DNA of 64,000 bases from a virus: IMG/VR virus record IMGVR_UViG_3300023202_000068, positions 1-64,000 of that record; one strand, written 5' to 3'. A model generated the notes under the pieces. It was not told where the DNA came from. It was given only the letters and a program-made list of their open reading frames with translations, and made no database searches. A program made the translations under genes and the position numbers. Positions 1-9,921 of the stretch are shown here, in pieces (the stretch's first letter is position 1; each line of letters opens with the position of its first letter).

Positions 1-1189
1 TAGCCTGTTCAGACTGAAATTGCTCATCGTAATACTCGACCTTTTGCTTGGCCTCTACATACATAGTCTGAAGTCTTTTTGCGTTAGACACGACCGACTC
101 TTGATTATCAAGTTTATTCTTAATATCTAAAGCTTGGGTTGTTAGCGAATCTACTTGTGTACTTATTTCATGCATCTTGTCTTTGGCTGTCTCGGTCACC
201 CAAGACTGTTCACAGGTAGGGCATAGGGCTTTTTCAAGTTCCATTTTTTGACGCTTAAGCTCAGCTATCTGCGGTCCAATATGCTGGGCTTTTTGTCTAA
301 GTAGTGGAAACTCAGCAAGCTGTGCATCTATATTTTCTTTTGCAGATTCAATTTTCTCTAGTTCTTGGAGCTTAGCTTGCTTTTCGGCGTTTAAAGACAT
401 TACCTTGCTATCTGTATACGGCAAGTGCCTTTGTTCAGGTACCACTAGTGATTGTAGTTTGCCAGCACACTCCTGCTCTAGCCTGGTCTTTTCAGTCTCC
501 ACATCTGTCAGCTCACGCTTTAAGGCCTGAAGGTCTTGAGTGGTAACTGTTTGAACTGGTTTTTCTTTATCTCCAAGCATACGCTCAAAGTCTTTAATTG
601 TATCTTGATCAGATTGTAGCTTGACTTCAATTTTGTCTAGTGTCTTTAAGTCTTCGCTGTTGTTGGATTTAATTTCATTGAGATATGAGGTGAAGCGATC
701 TAAGCCAAGTACCGTAGTTAGAAACTCATAAGTCTGCTTACCTGTCATATCTATAAAGAAGCCACCTTCTTTTTGCTTCTTGTGTACCATCTTCTTGAAG
801 ACAGATCTGGGGATACCAATGATTTCATCTAGGCGTTCTTCAGCTAACTTTACATTACCAGTAACCGATTCTCCGTTATAGTCAACAGTAAAACCGCCCT
901 TTTTAGACCTAGTCAGGGTCAGAGGGGCACCTTCTACTAAAAAAACACCCTTAACAGTTAGTGGGTCTTTGGTTAGGCGTGACTGGAGTACTGTAGAAGG
1001 AACGTCGCTAATACCTAGTAGGTAATCTAGTGCTAAAAAAATAGTGGACTTACCGGCTCCAGAAGAGCCTCCTGTGTTTTCGTTCCTACCGTCTACCTGA
1101 ATGAGCTTATCTCTATCTGTAAAGTCTACACTTTGCTCTTCCACAAAACGGCGAATACCACTGAATGTCAATTGCTGTAGTTCTATCAT
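1..1189 (-). CDS. SbcC/Rad50/gp46-like recombination ATPase, runs off the window edge
   Basis: Manual translation MIELQQLTFSGIRRF...GGSSGAGKSTIF (Walker A), long coiled coil, CPTC zinc hook near 212-223; SbcD-like gene nearby. Confidence 0.9.
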   Translation of the reverse strand, partial: MIELQQLTFSGIRRFVEEQSVDFTDRDKLIQVDGRNENTGGSSGAGKSTIFLALDYLLGISDVPSTVLQSRLTKDPLTVKGVFLVEGAPLTLTRSKKGGFTVDYNGESVTGNVKLAEERLDEIIGIPRSVFKKMVHKKQKEGGFFIDMTGKQTYEFLTTVLGLDRFTSYLNEIKSNNSEDLKTLDKIEVKLQSDQDTIKDFERMLGDKEKPVQTVTTQDLQALKRELTDVETEKTRLEQECAGKLQSLVVPEQRHLPYTDSKVMSLNAEKQAKLQELEKIESAKENIDAQLAEFPLLRQKAQHIGPQIAELKRQKMELEKALCPTCEQSWVTETAKDKMHEISTQVDSLTTQALDIKNKLDNQESVVSNAKRLQTMYVEAKQKVEYYDEQFQSEQA

Positions 1190-1440
1190 TACTCTTCCGT
1201 ATAAAGACGTTCGCGTTCGCGCTCAACAACATCATTGCTGATCTCAACTCTTCTTGACTGGATACCGTTATCGATAACTTGAGTGCCCTTACTAGCAGGT
1301 GCAGAAAGGTTTCTCTCTAACTTACCTGAACCACACTGACCGCAGTCTAGAAAAGGAGGGATTTCCTTAGCACTATTAAAGACCTTAGTGATTTCATTGT
1401 CACAGTCTGGGTTATTGCATGTAAAACGTATCATTGGCAT
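1189..1440 (-). CDS. small zinc-ribbon protein (FmdB-like)
   Basis: CNNPDC...CGQC; GAGGAGG RBS. Confidence 0.65.
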   Translation of the reverse strand: MPMIRFTCNNPDCDNEITKVFNSAKEIPPFLDCGQCGSGKLERNLSAPASKGTQVIDNGIQSRRVEISNDVVERERERLYTEE

Positions 1441-1464
1441 GGCTACTTCCTCCTCAATAAGTAT

Positions 1465-1487
1465 AACACGAACTAAACTCGTGTAAA
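1465..1487 (-). promoter_or_regulatory. sigma70-type promoter
   Basis: Minus strand TTTACA-16nt-TATACT with TG extension, followed by GAGGAGG; coordinates approximate. Confidence 0.5.
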
Positions 1488-1491
1488 GAAT

Positions 1492-2130
1492 TTATTCTTC
1501 TTTTGTGGCAGCTTTTTTTGCTGCAGCCATTAACTTAAGGAGTTCTCCAGCGCCATCTTTATTTGTAATTTCTACAGTCTTACTATCTATCTGTTTAACT
1601 TCTGCATCTGAATTCAGATTGAAGTTAACTAGAGGCGAGCCTTCACCTTCAGAAGCCTTACCCATAAGCTTATCGAGAGCTTCGATAGACTTATAGTATT
1701 GGGATAACATCTTAGTATCGACATTATCGATAACACTCGCGTCATTAGTAGTCAAAAATTGTAGAAATTGGTCGCCAAAATGTTTACCTAAAGCAGAGAC
1801 AATTGTACTAACCGTATTAGCAGATTCAAGCTTAGTTTGTTTTAACTTTTCTTCCATGTTAGCTAAAAGATCATCGAAGTGGTACATCTTTTTTTGCAGC
1901 CAATCCTGCCTCTTAGCCATAAATAGTATGTATTGTTTTTTCTTTTTTGTAGCAATTGCAATTTCAGAATATGTTTGTCCAGCCATATATAGCTTAAACC
2001 ACTGAAATATATCAGACTCAGATATCTTTGCAATACCTGGTGAGCCATTGTTTACAAAATCTTCGAGTGCCTGTCTCTCATCTAAAGAGAAATCCTCTGG
2101 CATCTCTATTGGTTCAAGTTCGTTTTCCAT
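1492..2130 (-). CDS. HTH-containing protein, possible terminase small subunit
   Basis: N-terminal HTH-like LYMAGQTYSEIA segment followed by helical/coiled region. Confidence 0.4.
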   Translation of the reverse strand: MENELEPIEMPEDFSLDERQALEDFVNNGSPGIAKISESDIFQWFKLYMAGQTYSEIAIATKKKKQYILFMAKRQDWLQKKMYHFDDLLANMEEKLKQTKLESANTVSTIVSALGKHFGDQFLQFLTTNDASVIDNVDTKMLSQYYKSIEALDKLMGKASEGEGSPLVNFNLNSDAEVKQIDSKTVEITNKDGAGELLKLMAAAKKAATKEE

Positions 2131-2465
2131 GCTTGTCCTTGTTTCTTGAAAGTCACGTCGGTATCTTCCCAGAACATATATTTAGTCCAAAGTATTAACT
2201 GAGCTAGTCTAAGGTCAGGGTCGGGGGGCTCTTTCTTAAAATAGAAGTCATATTCAATACTTCCTGCAGAAATTGCCTCTTCCAGTTCTTTATCTACTTC
2301 TACAATATTAGTAAAGTCATAGTTGATCTCTACCTTACTTAAGTCATCAAATATAATAAAAGGCCATGCCTTCATGTTTTTAAGTTGAAACTCAGAAAGG
2401 TTACCAGTCATTACGACCATCTTTCTGTGCTCATCTACGATATTTTGCTGGTTTTCATCAGACAT
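2106..2465 (-). CDS. hypothetical protein
   Basis: ORF overlapping both neighbours in the operon. Confidence 0.6.
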   Translation of the reverse strand: MSDENQQNIVDEHRKMVVMTGNLSEFQLKNMKAWPFIIFDDLSKVEINYDFTNIVEVDKELEEAISAGSIEYDFYFKKEPPDPDLRLAQLILWTKYMFWEDTDVTFKKQGQAWKTNLNQ

Positions 2466-3444
2466 GTATAAATTCCTTTAAGTACTGGTTAATCTCTTCT
2501 TTCTTAACACCGTCTGCAGGAACAAAGCTAGCCTCTAGGAACTGAAAAATATCGGTAGACTCAGCCTTGTCAACCCTAGTCATTTTACGATCTACTGGTT
2601 TTGCTTTTATCTGTGCAATGCCCTTGTACTTCTTCTTCATTTTCTTAATCCAAGCAGATTTTCCCTGAAGCTCTACGTAGTTTTTAGCATTCTCAATTAA
2701 CTCAGGCTCATCCTCACCCTCTATAATAATATGCTTATAGATTGGTGTAACAACGTCTTGAGTGGAGTAGAATTTTTTTGACTTAACAGTACCGTCAGAG
2801 TCGTGTACAAAAATCCAAACACCCTTTTCCTCGTTAGCGTCGGACATAGAGTCCCACTTAGCAGTACCAGTGTAGAAAGCTTTCCCTACAGTTTGACCTT
2901 TGTGAATGTGACCGGAGATAATGTGCTCTTGACTTACCAGCTCTGGATCAATACCATCAGGAGCGTAGAAGCCATTCTCATACTGTGCGCCTGTGAAAGT
3001 CTGATGCGCCACAAGGGTCTTTGTAGCCCCTGCCTTGTACAGCTCTTGAGTAGCCTTAAGAAAAGCCTCTTCATCACTCATATAGGGAATGTATGCTATA
3101 CCGTTATAAATAGAGGGTTTATCAACAATAGTGGTGCTAGAGTGTGACTTAAAGACGTTGAGGGAATTCATGTGCTGTTCTTTTTCTTTAGAGCCTGGTT
3201 GATCATGATTGCCAACAAGAGCCAACACAGGAATACCTGCACGCCCTAGACCTTCAAAAACAACAGTCCAAAAATCCATAACCTCTACTCTAACGACGGC
3301 GTGGGTGTGGAATAGGTCACCCATAAACTCAACACGGTCCACATCGTTTTCTGTAGCAAGCTTTGCTACAAATTCCATGAGCTTTCGACCTTCCATAATA
3401 TTACGAACAGTAATATGTGGGTCACCTACGCGCAGTATCTTCAT
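2458..3444 (-). CDS. SbcD/Mre11/gp47-like metallophosphoesterase nuclease
   Basis: GDPH, GDLFH, GNHD, AH, SGHIH motifs; near SbcC-like gene. Confidence 0.9.
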   Translation of the reverse strand: MKILRVGDPHITVRNIMEGRKLMEFVAKLATENDVDRVEFMGDLFHTHAVVRVEVMDFWTVVFEGLGRAGIPVLALVGNHDQPGSKEKEQHMNSLNVFKSHSSTTIVDKPSIYNGIAYIPYMSDEEAFLKATQELYKAGATKTLVAHQTFTGAQYENGFYAPDGIDPELVSQEHIISGHIHKGQTVGKAFYTGTAKWDSMSDANEEKGVWIFVHDSDGTVKSKKFYSTQDVVTPIYKHIIIEGEDEPELIENAKNYVELQGKSAWIKKMKKKYKGIAQIKAKPVDRKMTRVDKAESTDIFQFLEASFVPADGVKKEEINQYLKEFIHV

Positions 3445-3917
3445 TTAGTCCTCGCTGGTTGTATCCTAAGCTCGTAGTACGAATTAGTCCCATACGGTTC
3501 ACGAACAAAGAATTTCAAATCTTTCATGTTCGAGTTCTTGTCAAAGTCTCGATACATATCTTTGAAGTATACCATATTAATACCCGATTGGTAAAGCTGT
3601 CTCATACAGTTAATACAAGGAGATAGTGTACAATATACAAAACACTCATCAGTTGAAACACCGTGCCTAGCACAGTTACAAAGTAGATTAGTTTCTGCAT
3701 GTATAATGTACTGGTACTTATCAGGTCTAGTTTTTGGCAAGTCCTTGTCTGGACCACCTCTAACGAATCCGTTGTATCCTGAACTTATTACAGCACCAGT
3801 TTTACCGTGGATAAGTAATGCGCCTACTTTAGTCTGTGCATCTGGCGATTGCTCGGCAACAGCCAATGCTTGTTTGTGGTAGGCGTTTAATTTTTTAAGG
3901 CTAAGGTTAACCTTCAT
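3441..3917 (-). CDS. dCMP deaminase
   Basis: SGYNG, HAETN, PCINC zinc-deaminase motifs. Confidence 0.92.
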   Translation of the reverse strand: MKVNLSLKKLNAYHKQALAVAEQSPDAQTKVGALLIHGKTGAVISSGYNGFVRGGPDKDLPKTRPDKYQYIIHAETNLLCNCARHGVSTDECFVYCTLSPCINCMRQLYQSGINMVYFKDMYRDFDKNSNMKDLKFFVREPYGTNSYYELRIQPARTK

Positions 3918-4224
3918 TGCTAACCATTACAATCGCTGCAGAGTCAGCAATAACAAACTCACCTTCAATTCCTTCAGTGGTGTAGGTTTGCTTAGACCAA
4001 GCTTGGCTATACAAATCCTCTTCTTTAAAAAACACAATGTTGCCTGGCTCAATAGCCATGTCAGTACCATCTAGACCTTTCACGTTTGCATAAAATTTTG
4101 CGCGAAGCCCTAAAAGTGTTCCTTTTTGTTGGACAGTAGCGAAGCCGCTCTTTACCTCGGTTTTTAATGTTTTATCGCCTTTGTAGGGCTCCACCAAAAC
4201 TTTCCTGTTGACAGAAACCATCAT
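3907..4224 (-). CDS. GroES-like co-chaperonin
   Basis: 105 aa; KVLVEP...KSGF (mobile-loop-like)...IEPGNIVFF...FVIADSAAIVMV follows the GroES pattern; GroEL elsewhere in window. Confidence 0.6.
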   Translation of the reverse strand: MMVSVNRKVLVEPYKGDKTLKTEVKSGFATVQQKGTLLGLRAKFYANVKGLDGTDMAIEPGNIVFFKEEDLYSQAWSKQTYTTEGIEGEFVIADSAAIVMVSNEG

Positions 4225-5258
4225 AATTCTACTCCTTTAAGTCTAATAATTTTACGTTCGATCACATTGAGATCTTTAGCCGCAACTAATATTTTAGCAA
4301 GGATTTCACGCTTTATCAACGACTCTTCTATAGATTCTTGATTGTCTGGAGTATAGTCGTAAACATTTACACCAGAGTCTTCGTCGTCACCACCTTGCTT
4401 TGCATCGGCAGAGATGTAGCTAGAGCCATTTAACAAGGTCCTAATGTGCACTTCTCTAATAGGTAACTTAGGTACAGCCTTGCCATCTTCCTTGTCTTTT
4501 TCAAAAGATTCGTTCACTGCTTTTGTAAGCTCTACAACGTCTTCAATTTTTAATCTGTACTTAAGAGAGTTTGCCCTGTATAAAATCTTCTTGTCTGATG
4601 GATACATACGTAAGAATGTTTTTGAATATTCTTCAATCATATATCCAACCATTCTACCGATACAGACGTTAGCCCACTTCCCTCTATTATATTCACCCAC
4701 ATACTTGTCAATACCACTAACCAATCCATAAGTGCAAATATCAATGAGATCAAGGAGCGTTAAGTGTGACCTAGGGGTTTTACGGTAAAAAAGCTTAGCC
4801 CTGTTAATAGCTAACGGAAGGTTGTTTTCAAGTAAAATTCTTCTAGCCTGTAAAAAGTCAAGGTAGTATGAATTTGCCCTCTCAGGTACCTTGCCCTCCC
4901 AGTTTTTAATGATAAAATCTATCAGTTGGAAGTTGACTGAAAACTTCATTAAAGATCTAGCGTCTTTTTCTTTAATAGCCTTTGTAATGCCTTTGCTAAA
5001 TACTGGAGATTTCTCACGAAAGTAGGGTCTGGCACTTAAGATATTGCCGTTAGTATTAACTATAAAGTTGATAAAATCCTTGTAGATTCTTTCAGTCTGT
5101 TTATAGCGATTAATGTAGAATTGGAACTTTTTTTCAAGTTGGAGTAAAAGCTCGACCTGAGCTTGCTGATCACCAATCAAACCATCGTTAGCTATAATGG
5201 TCTGATTGACCTGGGCTGCTAACTCTTGAAACTCTCTATCTGTAGGTCTTCTACTCAT
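4221..5258 (-). CDS. phage sigma-70-like RNA polymerase sigma factor (region 4 truncated)
   Basis: Region 2-like LLENNLPLAINRAK...LDLIDICTYGLVSGIDKY; ends at region 4.1-like LNVIERKIIRLKG. Confidence 0.8.
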   Translation of the reverse strand: MSRRPTDREFQELAAQVNQTIIANDGLIGDQQAQVELLLQLEKKFQFYINRYKQTERIYKDFINFIVNTNGNILSARPYFREKSPVFSKGITKAIKEKDARSLMKFSVNFQLIDFIIKNWEGKVPERANSYYLDFLQARRILLENNLPLAINRAKLFYRKTPRSHLTLLDLIDICTYGLVSGIDKYVGEYNRGKWANVCIGRMVGYMIEEYSKTFLRMYPSDKKILYRANSLKYRLKIEDVVELTKAVNESFEKDKEDGKAVPKLPIREVHIRTLLNGSSYISADAKQGGDDEDSGVNVYDYTPDNQESIEESLIKREILAKILVAAKDLNVIERKIIRLKGVEL

Positions 5259-5276
5259 AACCTACATATACCACAA

Positions 5277-6758
5277 TCAGTACTCTTTAATTTCACCACC
5301 TGCTTCTTGGTAAAAAGAAATTCTTTTTTGTAATTGTTTTTCAAGAAGTGGTTCGCCTTGAATTCTAAAATCATAAATATTAGCTAATGGCTTGGGAGGG
5401 TGTTTGTCTACAAACTTAGATATTTCTAGTTTCCTAGTTGACCTTCCCATAGTACCTTGTTTTGTAACAATTTCCGAAGAACCACCAACCCAGTTAATTA
5501 CGTTGTGGGTGGGGTACATGTTAGTCCCTGTAGCGATAGCTTTTGTCCCTATCAATACCTTGATATCTCCATGGTTGAAAGCATCTACGTGGTCCTGTAG
5601 CTTTACCTTATCCAGATTCCATACTGCAGCGTCTTTCTTAGATGCTGAGTGCACATAACCGTATGGAACTTCCAACAGTTGTTCTAACATTTGAATCTGC
5701 CTAAGCTCTTCTACTAGTATTAAGGTTGATTGATCTTTGACTTTAGCAGAGGCATTTGCAATCTTCGCTGCAAGTTTTGCAATTTCTCCGTTATACAAGA
5801 AGTGCTCTCTTTTACACTCTAGAGGGTCTTTCTTATTTTTAGTCGATGGAGAAAACGTATTTAGGATTGTAAACTTTAATGGACATAAGTAACCATCGCT
5901 AATGGCCTCAGAGAGTCCCATCTCAAGTACATTTTTACCTATAATTGAGTACAGCATCTTTTCAGTACCGTCACCACGCGTCTGAGTAGCGGATACAAAC
6001 ATTCTATACGGCACATTTTCAAATATACCGTGACACACCTTCTCTAGCTCGCTAGCAGCGAACGTATGGGACTCATCTACTAACAGAGCATCAGCCTTAC
6101 ACAAAGCTGCATAAGCCTCTGTGTCGGGCTTAAGCATTGTCATAGACCTACCTATGGCTACAGTTACAGTCTTCTTATAGTCTTTCTTACCATCACCATA
6201 CCCACCGACGTTATTCTTTCCAAGCTTATCTTGAAATTCTTTCAAAAGCTCATTGAAGATAGATTTACTAGGGGTAACAACTACAGTCTTAAGTCCCATC
6301 GACTTGGCTAGGTTTAGCAAGATAAAAGATTTACCGCATCCAGTTGGGAGACTAATATTACCGTGCTTAATATTCATCAACTTTTTTACAGCTTCTGCTT
6401 GATACGGATACGGGTCAAACTCAGGCTTTTTCTTCCAAGGTAAAGGACGAAAGTCTGGATAATCTATTGAATTCATAGTATTTACGGAAAATACAGCTTT
6501 TAAATGTGGTATTATACCAGGACGGATAAAATCGTTGGCGTCTAACAAGCACGAGTGTAAGTCTTGCAAAAGCTCTTTATCTCTATGTCCCCAACCACCT
6601 GGGTCTCTTTGTTTCCACCATCGATTAGCCCGATGTTTTTTAAGTTGAAACTGAACGCTAGTGTTACGATAAGTGAGGAATTTAACAGCTCTAGCTTTTT
6701 CTTGAGCATCTTCGAAGGTAACTTTAGCTTTTGTAGGTGATATTATTTTAATTTTCAT
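5277..6758 (-). CDS. SF2 DNA helicase (UvsW-like)
   Basis: PYQ Q-motif, LPTGCGKS, VDESH, SAT, QGTMGRSTR. Confidence 0.9.
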   Translation of the reverse strand: MKIKIISPTKAKVTFEDAQEKARAVKFLTYRNTSVQFQLKKHRANRWWKQRDPGGWGHRDKELLQDLHSCLLDANDFIRPGIIPHLKAVFSVNTMNSIDYPDFRPLPWKKKPEFDPYPYQAEAVKKLMNIKHGNISLPTGCGKSFILLNLAKSMGLKTVVVTPSKSIFNELLKEFQDKLGKNNVGGYGDGKKDYKKTVTVAIGRSMTMLKPDTEAYAALCKADALLVDESHTFAASELEKVCHGIFENVPYRMFVSATQTRGDGTEKMLYSIIGKNVLEMGLSEAISDGYLCPLKFTILNTFSPSTKNKKDPLECKREHFLYNGEIAKLAAKIANASAKVKDQSTLILVEELRQIQMLEQLLEVPYGYVHSASKKDAAVWNLDKVKLQDHVDAFNHGDIKVLIGTKAIATGTNMYPTHNVINWVGGSSEIVTKQGTMGRSTRKLEISKFVDKHPPKPLANIYDFRIQGEPLLEKQLQKRISFYQEAGGEIKEY

Positions 6759-6790
6759 TACATTATCATACCATATAATTGGAGGTTACC

Positions 6791-7210
6791 ATGTATAAAT
6801 ACAGTAAAAAATCACTAGGCAAGCTAAACACCTGTCACCCAGACTTGCAAAAATTACTAAAGGAAGCTATCAAGCATTACGACGTTACAATTCTGCAAGG
6901 TATTCGTACAAAAGAAGAGCAGGAAGAGCTTGTAAGAACTGGGATGTCTAAGACCATGAACTCAATGCATCTTGATCAAGGTGATGGCTATGCACACGCT
7001 GTAGATTGTGCCCTTTGGCCTATCGACTGGCACGACCGTGAGCGTTTTGTGTTTCTCCAAGGTTTTCTGAAAGGCTTAGCTGTGCAAATGAAGGCTAACG
7101 GTGAAATTAGCCATGACTTGCGTCTTGGTGTTGACTGGGACGACGATGGTAACATTAAAGAACATAGCTTCTTTGATGGGCCTCACGTTGAAATTAGACT
7201 GAAAAAGTAG
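6791..7210 (+). CDS. endolysin, L-Ala-D-Glu peptidase (M15 family)
   Basis: YSKKSLGKL..CHPDL, GIRTKEEQ, SMH, AVD, DGPHVE; GGAGG RBS supports ATG at 6791. Confidence 0.9.
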   Translation: MYKYSKKSLGKLNTCHPDLQKLLKEAIKHYDVTILQGIRTKEEQEELVRTGMSKTMNSMHLDQGDGYAHAVDCALWPIDWHDRERFVFLQGFLKGLAVQMKANGEISHDLRLGVDWDDDGNIKEHSFFDGPHVEIRLKK

Positions 7211-7211
7211 T

Positions 7212-7448
7212 TTATCTCTTAAAATTAGCTACAGTCAACTTAGCATTAGGGCTTGCTTCAACAACCACATTTTCTTTACCAAACTGATTCTGAAGTCTTT
7301 TAATGGCTTCAGCGTCTGTTTTATTATCTGGATTGATAACTGCTGCGCCGTGTTGTTTCAGGCTACTTCTAATTGCATCTAGTCTTAACTGAACATCTGG
7401 AACTCTTGCTCCGATTATGGAGCTTGCTCCCACAGAATTTACTTTCAT
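7212..7448 (-). CDS. hypothetical protein
   Basis: ORF with AAGGGAG RBS downstream of helicase gene. Confidence 0.6.
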   Translation of the reverse strand: MKVNSVGASSIIGARVPDVQLRLDAIRSSLKQHGAAVINPDNKTDAEAIKRLQNQFGKENVVVEASPNAKLTVANFKR

Positions 7449-7462
7449 CTTACTCTCCCTTT

Positions 7463-8524
7463 TTAAGCGACATCTAGTCGCAGATTGTTACCGTTGTACT
7501 GAGTATAAATTTCTTTCTTCATAAGTGCAACCATTTTGTGTAAAAATAACACTTGACGGTTATAATTCTTACCATCAGCAATTCTATAGTAAGTCTTGCG
7601 TACACCTTGTGGGTGTTTTCTAAGAACCCTTGCAAACAACTGAAAAGAAGCGTCTACGTTAGAAGAACTTCTCATGTCAATTAGAGTAGTTATATAACTG
7701 TCGTTAAAGCCAAGAATTCCTTTTCCAACAACAATAAGGGTATCAGATTCGTTAGCCTTAAACTTAGCAATCTCAACATCGTCTGGGTCGTTCTTAGAAG
7801 TAGACAGAGATACCTTACGTCCTTGAGTTTGTAGGTAGGTAGCCAAGGTCTTGGCATAAGCTATAGTGGGGCAGGCGATCATAAGCTTGCTCATGTTGTC
7901 ACGATTAGCTTTAGCCTTGGCAGCTACGGCTTTATAAGCTTCTACAGGATTTTTAGGATTAGTCTTAGCAACGTCAAAGTCTACAGAGTTATAAACACCT
8001 TTTTCAGTCAACTCTTCAGCGGAGATGTAGTACATTGCATATTCTTGAGCTTTCTCGTTGATAGCGTTGTACTTAGTAGGTGAGCCAGTCATGAGGATTT
8101 GGTGCTTAGGCTGAAGCTTTTTAATAATGTCCTGAACCATTGGTTCAAGGTAGAAGTTGTGAGCTTCATCAACGATTAAAAGATCAACGCTAGTCCAGTC
8201 AAGCTGACCGATGCTTTGTGGAATGCCAACTCTAACCTGAGCGTCAGTGTTATTGAGATGACCAAAAGATACGTTCATCTCAATATTTGGAGACTCAAGC
8301 TCTTGTAGGTATTGATTCTTAAGGGTGTTTTGACCTTCAGTAAGAACTAAGATCTTAGCACTAGGGTTAATAGAGACATACTTGTTAATGATGTGGTGTG
8401 AAATGGTAGTCTTACCACCGCCAGGAGCTACAGCCAGGATAGAGGCCTTAAACCTCTTAGAGAAGGCGTTTTGAAGAACCTTGTTGGCTGCAGTGATTTG
8501 GTATGTATAGTCAGTGTTTCCCAT
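7463..8524 (-). CDS. compact DEAH-box SF2 helicase
   Basis: APGGGKT, IVDEAH, MTGSP, QLFARVLR. Confidence 0.85.
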   Translation of the reverse strand: MGNTDYTYQITAANKVLQNAFSKRFKASILAVAPGGGKTTISHHIINKYVSINPSAKILVLTEGQNTLKNQYLQELESPNIEMNVSFGHLNNTDAQVRVGIPQSIGQLDWTSVDLLIVDEAHNFYLEPMVQDIIKKLQPKHQILMTGSPTKYNAINEKAQEYAMYYISAEELTEKGVYNSVDFDVAKTNPKNPVEAYKAVAAKAKANRDNMSKLMIACPTIAYAKTLATYLQTQGRKVSLSTSKNDPDDVEIAKFKANESDTLIVVGKGILGFNDSYITTLIDMRSSSNVDASFQLFARVLRKHPQGVRKTYYRIADGKNYNRQVLFLHKMVALMKKEIYTQYNGNNLRLDVA

Positions 8525-8563
8525 ACATCTATATTATCAAATTGTGTAGAAATTGCAAGAAAA

Positions 8564-9340
8564 TTATCGCGGAAGTCCGTATTTTTCTCTTTGGGCCTCA
8601 AATTCGTCGTGATTTTTGTCTATATATTTGACACTTCCAGCATCGTCAAAACCAAAGCCCTTAGCTAAGTATGTGAGTTTACAGCGACAATTTGGGTGTA
8701 GGCCTGGAAACTTAGGGTTAGAATCACCTTTTTTGTGGTATTCTGAGCCAATCTCTGATAGTTTCCAAACCCTAGGGGTAACCCTATCCGGTAAAGTGTG
8801 GAGCACGTATTCCTCAGGTCCTGTCACATCATCGTGAGTCACTACGAAGAAAACCGTAGGGTCTTCCTTTTTATCCTTACCCATCTTAGATATTTGCAGT
8901 GCCACGCCGGTATTGATTGCCTTATTAGACTCTGCAGCCGCAATCAACTTCATATGTTTACCAGCTTTATCTAGCTCACCATCGATCATTGCATTGACTT
9001 CATCTAAATCTATTGGGGCATTTTGGAGACTCTTATTCTTCATGTAGCTATCGATATCATGTACAACTCTAGCAGCCGTTCGGTCTCTAAGGCCGTCCAT
9101 ATATCCATTGGCAATACGAAGCATTGTTTTTAAGGTTCGCTCCTCAAGTGAGTTAGGGTCACGAGTACCCAGTGCCTGTAAGAATAAAGACACGAGGTTA
9201 TTTCGGGTAGTCTTAAATATAATTGATTTTTGTTGGGATGCTGTGGGGAGAATACCTAAGAAACGAAGAGATAGAAGATCAAACTTACTTTTAATAAGCT
9301 TCTCAATGGACTTAACCCCACTATTAGTTAAGCCCTTCAT
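8564..9340 (-). CDS. head morphogenesis protein (MuF/SPP1 gp7-like)
   Basis: C-terminal PGLHPNCRC motif; downstream of portal. Confidence 0.75.
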   Translation of the reverse strand: MKGLTNSGVKSIEKLIKSKFDLLSLRFLGILPTASQQKSIIFKTTRNNLVSLFLQALGTRDPNSLEERTLKTMLRIANGYMDGLRDRTAARVVHDIDSYMKNKSLQNAPIDLDEVNAMIDGELDKAGKHMKLIAAAESNKAINTGVALQISKMGKDKKEDPTVFFVVTHDDVTGPEEYVLHTLPDRVTPRVWKLSEIGSEYHKKGDSNPKFPGLHPNCRCKLTYLAKGFGFDDAGSVKYIDKNHDEFEAQREKYGLPR

Positions 9341-9342
9341 TT

Positions 9343-9912
9343 CTATTCCTTTACTTCAACACTATGCTGTTTTAGGATTTCTCCTAATTCGCCTTTTACC
9401 TCTGTACTCTCTTCCTCCCACTTAGTAAGTAGGTTGTTTACAAAGGATTTTTGAGCTGAGACTTGTCTCTCCATTTTTTTAGATACTCTGGTTTTTTGTG
9501 ACTTTCTAATGTCAGCAATACCTTCAACTGCTTTTCTCATATCCAAGATAGAGGGTTTTTCACCTTTTGCCACAAGGCTTTGTAGCTCATCAATCTTTTC
9601 ATCAAGCTCAGTTGCCATTCCACCACCTTGAGGTTCCCCACCTTCTTCCATTGGTACTCCCTCTTCCATAGGTGCTCCCTCTTGAGGTATTGGTTCGCCA
9701 GTTTCAGGGTCAATTTGTGGTTCGCCGCCTTGCTGCATCATTTGTTGTTGCATCATAGCTTCTTGTTCAGCCTGCTGCTGAGCCTGTTGAGCCATTTGTT
9801 GCATCTGTGCTTCTTTCATACCAGTTTCTACACCTAGTCTAAAGGCAACATCAGTCGCTTCTATAAACTTAGTTCGTAAATTTTGGTATTTTTGTTTATA
9901 ATCCGCTGCCAT
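9343..9912 (-). CDS. Q/E/P-rich head-associated protein
   Basis: Low-complexity ORF between portal and MuF-like genes. Confidence 0.55.
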   Translation of the reverse strand: MAADYKQKYQNLRTKFIEATDVAFRLGVETGMKEAQMQQMAQQAQQQAEQEAMMQQQMMQQGGEPQIDPETGEPIPQEGAPMEEGVPMEEGGEPQGGGMATELDEKIDELQSLVAKGEKPSILDMRKAVEGIADIRKSQKTRVSKKMERQVSAQKSFVNNLLTKWEEESTEVKGELGEILKQHSVEVKE

Positions 9913-9921
9913 AATAGCTCC

